Under the pieces are notes generated by a model, which searched no databases, was not told the DNA's origin, and was given only the letters and a program-made list of their open reading frames with translations. The position numbers were made by a program, and so were the translations under genes. From an uncultured bacterium (GTDB lineage: Bacteria > Hydrothermota > UBA3073 > NMUJ01 > CBEVQO01), in the NCBI GenBank assembly GCA_965552055.1, contig CBEVQO010000001.1, positions 224,001 through 288,000 on the forward strand: a DNA stretch of 64,000 bases. Direction: 5' to 3'. Position 1 is the first letter of the stretch. Each line of letters starts with the position of its first letter. Positions 60,233 through 64,000 of this stretch are shown in pieces.

Positions 60233-60703
60233 ATGATGAAAGACCTGCTGTATTTACTCCTAATCCTGCTTTCAATCAGGGTCTCTCCTTTTAGAGGCTT
60301 CTTGATAATAGTAAAAGGAGCAAAAACACTGGACAATTATGAATTTGCAGAAAAATATGTTGACTTTTACCTATACAAAGAGCTTTATAGGAGACTGGGA
60401 GACACTTTATCGGACCATGAATTACTTGAAAAAGCAAAAAAGGATAATATAATAGGACTCGACTTAACAGCAGTAAAAGAAGCACTTGCGACAATGAAAT
60501 TCTCCGAAGTGGAGATATGCAAAATGAGAAACGAAGCCATCATCGTAATACCTCTGGAAGAAAAATCAGACGAATTCTGGCCAGTTGACACCGTGTCCTT
60601 CCTTATCAGATTCTCTAAAGGTAGATGGAAATTAGTCTTGGGATACGGCGGATACGAAACCCTCATGCTAAACATCCTTTTCAGAAAATTCTGGGGCGAA
60701 TAA
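60233..60703 (+). CDS. Hypothetical exported protein
   Basis: Hydrophobic N-terminus; own TTGACA-N15-TATAAT promoter. Confidence 0.6.
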   Translation: MMKDLLYLLLILLSIRVSPFRGFLIIVKGAKTLDNYEFAEKYVDFYLYKELYRRLGDTLSDHELLEKAKKDNIIGLDLTAVKEALATMKFSEVEICKMRNEAIIVIPLEEKSDEFWPVDTVSFLIRFSKGRWKLVLGYGGYETLMLNILFRKFWGE

Positions 60704-60759
60704 ATCTGAAATAAAAGCAAAAATTTCTTGACTTTTTTGGAGTTTAAGTATAAAAAAGT

Positions 60760-62001
60760 GTGATTAAAATTGAGAATGATTTGAAGGAAAGGGAAGTTTT
60801 AGATTATATTTTTTCTATTTTTCATCGCAAAGAAGCCATAATCATAAAAGGAGCAAGAAGAACCGGGAAAACATCTTTGATGAAATTAATGGCTAAGAAG
60901 TTGATGAAGGAAGGAGAAAAAGTCATTTTCCTCGATATGGAAATACCTGAAGATAGGGAGATTGCAGAAAAAGGTGTAAGTTACCTTTTGAAAGTTTTTG
61001 GTAGAGGGATTTATTTTATCGATGAAATTCATTTATTATCTTCGCCTGCGAGTTTCATAAAGATTGCGGTTGACCATCACAGAGCCGATATGAAATTGAT
61101 ATGCTCCGGCTCATCGAGCATCGCATTAAACATGAAATTCAAAACATCATTGATCGGAAGAATAATCGAAGTAGAACTTTTCCCTCTGAGTTTCCGTGAA
61201 TTCTTGATTTTTAGAGATAAAAAACATTTGGCAAATTTACTGCCACAGTTCAGTTTTGAAAAAATTAACAAAGTGGAAATTCCGCAATCTCTTTTTGAAG
61301 AATTCAAAGAATATCTCAGAATAGGCGGCTATCCAGAAGTAGTTCTTTCTGAAACCGATGAGGAGCGTAAACTTCTTCTCTCTCAGTTTTTCAACCTTTA
61401 TGCCAAAAAAGATTTACATGATATTATGAAATTGAAAAAAGAAGCGGCTTTTGACAGATTTTTATTTGCATTGGCTTCAACAAATGCTTCTCTACTAAAT
61501 TTATCAGAGCTATCACGAGAAATTGGTGTCTCTGTAAAGACATTACAAAATTATCTAAAAATTCTCGAAGGCTTATTTTTGGTTAAATTATGCTATCCCT
61601 ATGCCAGGAAATTACGCAAAGAAATAAGGAGCATGCCAAAGGTTTATTTCGTTGATACAGGATTTGTGAACTGGGCAACAAGGAGGCTTAACGGATTAAC
61701 CGAGCGTGATATGGGTATCTTACTTGAAAATTATGTTTTTATTTCGCTTTTGAGAAAAAGGTTTGAAAGAGTAAATTTCTGGAGAAAGAAAACAGGAATA
61801 GAAGTAGATTTCATCGTCCAAGAAAGAAATATCATACCTGTGGAAGTGAAATGGCGCTACAGGAAAGGACTTAAAAATCTTTCAAAATTCATGAAAGAAT
61901 ATGATATAAAACGGGGTTTTATCTTCTCTTTTGATGAGATGGAGAAAATAAAAGAGCACGGAAAAGAAATCCATATTTTGCCTTCCTTACTTTTAGCCTG
62001 A
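60760..62001 (+). CDS. AAA_14 ATPase with DUF4143 domain
   Basis: GARRTGKT, IDEIH, SGSS, PLSFREF, GGYPE, KVYFVDTG, EVDF, VEVK. Confidence 0.9.
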   Translation: MIKIENDLKEREVLDYIFSIFHRKEAIIIKGARRTGKTSLMKLMAKKLMKEGEKVIFLDMEIPEDREIAEKGVSYLLKVFGRGIYFIDEIHLLSSPASFIKIAVDHHRADMKLICSGSSSIALNMKFKTSLIGRIIEVELFPLSFREFLIFRDKKHLANLLPQFSFEKINKVEIPQSLFEEFKEYLRIGGYPEVVLSETDEERKLLLSQFFNLYAKKDLHDIMKLKKEAAFDRFLFALASTNASLLNLSELSREIGVSVKTLQNYLKILEGLFLVKLCYPYARKLRKEIRSMPKVYFVDTGFVNWATRRLNGLTERDMGILLENYVFISLLRKRFERVNFWRKKTGIEVDFIVQERNIIPVEVKWRYRKGLKNLSKFMKEYDIKRGFIFSFDEMEKIKEHGKEIHILPSLLLA

Positions 62002-62018
62002 ACCCCATCAATTAAAAG

Positions 62019-62597
62019 TTATGTCCATTCCTTTATCATCCTTTCTATTATTTTCCTTGCATTTTCATCGAGTTCGGGATAATCTTCAAGGCTGAAAACA
62101 GCTCCCAGAAAAATTTCAAAACTCTGACCATAAAATTTCTTCTCAAAATCCCTTTTCACTTTTTCCTTCGCCCATTTGTATCTTTCATATAGAAAAGCGA
62201 TATCATAAATATCTTTGGTCTCAATTCTCCTCCCGGCTGCATAAATTTTGTTCAAGAAAATGTCATAATCGGAAGCCATCTTTAACCCCTCATATTTCAC
62301 GAGTCGCTTTACATTTTTGAAAGGAAAGTAAACAAAAGAAATTTTTATCCTCTGAGTAAAAAAATCAATGTTATCTTCGCCTATTTCTACCTTTTCCATT
62401 TGAAAAAATCTTTTAAATTTTTGTAAAAGACGCATTTTTGAGAAAAATCTTTCACTCAAAAAATCCATATCTTCACTTATTCGGTGTTTGTATTTTATCA
62501 TCAAAGCAGTACCACCTGCAAGATAAAATCGGGGAAAAACTCTTTGAATTTCTCTCCCGAGTTCTATCATTCTATCAACAATTTCGTTTATCTTCAT
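62019..62597 (-). CDS. AbiEii/AbiGii-family nucleotidyltransferase toxin
   Basis: FYLAGGTAL, HRISEDMDF, K...R...KDIYD. Confidence 0.88.
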   Translation of the reverse strand: MKINEIVDRMIELGREIQRVFPRFYLAGGTALMIKYKHRISEDMDFLSERFFSKMRLLQKFKRFFQMEKVEIGEDNIDFFTQRIKISFVYFPFKNVKRLVKYEGLKMASDYDIFLNKIYAAGRRIETKDIYDIAFLYERYKWAKEKVKRDFEKKFYGQSFEIFLGAVFSLEDYPELDENARKIIERMIKEWT

Positions 62598-62835
62598 GCC
62601 ATTTTTTCATCCAGAATTTAATCCCTCTTTTTATATCGGGATATTTAAAAGTTATGGCATAAGTTTCTTCAGGATATTTTTGATAAAGCCATTTTATATC
62701 CTCAAAATCACCGTACTTTAAAATTCTCAAAATGAATTTTTCGAGAAAAGTAACTCCTTCAGGCTCATCCCAGAAAAACTTCTTATATTTTGACGGGATT
62801 TCTACTTTTTGCTTGTATGTAAGTTTAATCCTCAT
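62575..62835 (-). CDS. Small putative antitoxin (DUF6922-like)
   Basis: FFWD...FILRILKYGDFEDIKWL...FW; overlaps the AbiEii gene. Confidence 0.75.
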   Translation of the reverse strand: MRIKLTYKQKVEIPSKYKKFFWDEPEGVTFLEKFILRILKYGDFEDIKWLYQKYPEETYAITFKYPDIKRGIKFWMKKWHEDKRNC

Positions 62836-62908
62836 CTTTTAATTTACTCTTATTTTTAACCTGTCAACCATTTTCTTGACAAAAGTGAATTTTGAGTAAA
62901 AATTTTTG

Positions 62909-64000
62909 ATGGCTCAGATTACCCCTCTCATCCATCAGTATCGCAAGATAAAAGAGAAATACAAAGATTGCATCCTCTTCTTTCAGGTTGGTGATTTTTA
63001 TGAGACATTTTTTGAAGATGCAAAACTTATCTCAAAAGTTTTACAGATAGCACTTACGAAGCGCCAGGAAGGTGTGCCTCTCGCAGGCGTGCCAATACAC
63101 GCAGCCCAACCCTACATCGAGCGCCTCGTAAAAGAAGGATACAAAGTAGCAATATGCCAGCAACTGGAAGAACCAAAACCAGGCAAAATAGTAAAAAGAG
63201 GAGTCGTAGAAGTAATAACCCAGGGAACAATCGTAGATTCAGAAATCCTGCCAACAAAGGAATATAACTTTTTAATGGCAATATATAAAGAAAACAAAAA
63301 AGCAGGAATAGCAATAGTCGATGTATCCACAGGAGAATTTTTGACAACAGAGTTAGATGATAATGAATTACAGGATGAAATCGATAGGTTATCACCAAAA
63401 GAAATTTTAATCCCGGAAAATATGGAAGATTTTAATTATCAGAATATAACAAGATTACCTTTATCTTATTTTGACGAAGTGATGGCAGAAGAAATTTTGA
63501 AAGAACACTTTGGTGTATATACGCTATCTGGCTTTGGTATAGAAGATAAACCTCTCTGCAAGCGCTCATCAGGTGCGGTATTGCAATACATAAGGGAGAC
63601 GAAGCGCTCAAAGGCAGAGCACATCAAAAAGCTGAGATTTTACAGACGAAAAGATTACATGATAATTGATGATGCAACAAGAAGAAACCTCGAACTTATC
63701 AAAAAAATAGGAACAGATGATAAAAAGGGAACACTTCTCTGGGTAATGGATAACACCCTCACACCCATGGGTGCAAGATTATTAAGAAAAGAAATCCTGG
63801 CTCCATTGATAGATAAGAAAAAAATAGAAGAAAGATTGGAATTGACAGATGTTTTCTATCAAAATAAAGATTTGCTAAAAGAAATAAGAGAAAAGTTAGA
63901 AAAAATTTCGGATATCGAACGCATAACCACGAAGATAGCACTGGAAAGGGCAAATCCACGGGATTTAATCGCACTGAAAAACAGCATAAAAATATTACCA
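62909..64000 (+). CDS. mutS: DNA mismatch repair protein MutS (5' part)
   Basis: Not in the ORF track. MAQITPLIHQYRKIKEKYKDCILFFQVGDFYETFFEDA...GYKVAICQQ...TRRNLEL...TPMGARLL. Confidence 0.95.
   Translation, partial: MAQITPLIHQYRKIKEKYKDCILFFQVGDFYETFFEDAKLISKVLQIALTKRQEGVPLAGVPIHAAQPYIERLVKEGYKVAICQQLEEPKPGKIVKRGVVEVITQGTIVDSEILPTKEYNFLMAIYKENKKAGIAIVDVSTGEFLTTELDDNELQDEIDRLSPKEILIPENMEDFNYQNITRLPLSYFDEVMAEEILKEHFGVYTLSGFGIEDKPLCKRSSGAVLQYIRETKRSKAEHIKKLRFYRRKDYMIIDDATRRNLELIKKIGTDDKKGTLLWVMDNTLTPMGARLLRKEILAPLIDKKKIEERLELTDVFYQNKDLLKEIREKLEKISDIERITTKIALERANPRDLIALKNSIKILP

Noticed and set aside
12207..62900. Integrase, IS or att sites bounding the island; self-targeting spacers; a sigma54 -24/-12 promoter
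   Set aside because: None recognised by eye. This was not an exhaustive search; a computational scan is needed to exclude them.

Overview
AT-rich bacterial chromosomal window. A decayed T9SS C-terminal sorting domain suggests an FCB-group (possibly WOR-3-like) organism; this is inference only. 1-12.2 kb: envelope and housekeeping genes (secreted beta-propeller proteins, a tmcA + ASCH pair, GT4 glycosyltransferase, PMM/PGM, lipoproteins). 12.2-60.2 kb: a large defence island with a type III-B cmr operon carrying an embedded CARF-HEPN gene, a type III-A csm operon, two cas6, three CARF proteins, three CRISPR arrays (35, 7 and 15 repeats) and an RNA ligase, but no intact cas1/cas2 (only a 3' cas2 remnant). 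Between the two type III loci lie (a) a ~19 kb, largely translationally coupled operon of unknown function (Liv-type ABC transporter, radical SAM, atypical His kinase, REC-kinase-deaminase, REC-HD, porin, REC proteins, sigma54 activator) and (b) a vWA + tubulin-like GTPase pair converging on a TPR-caspase. 60.2-64 kb: AAA ATPase, AbiEii-type TA pair and 5' mutS. The main sequence-level observations are that about 20 promoters have TTGACA-N15-TAWAWT spacing, many leaderless, and that arrays 1 and 3 share an 83/95-identical leader attached to opposite ends of homologous repeats.
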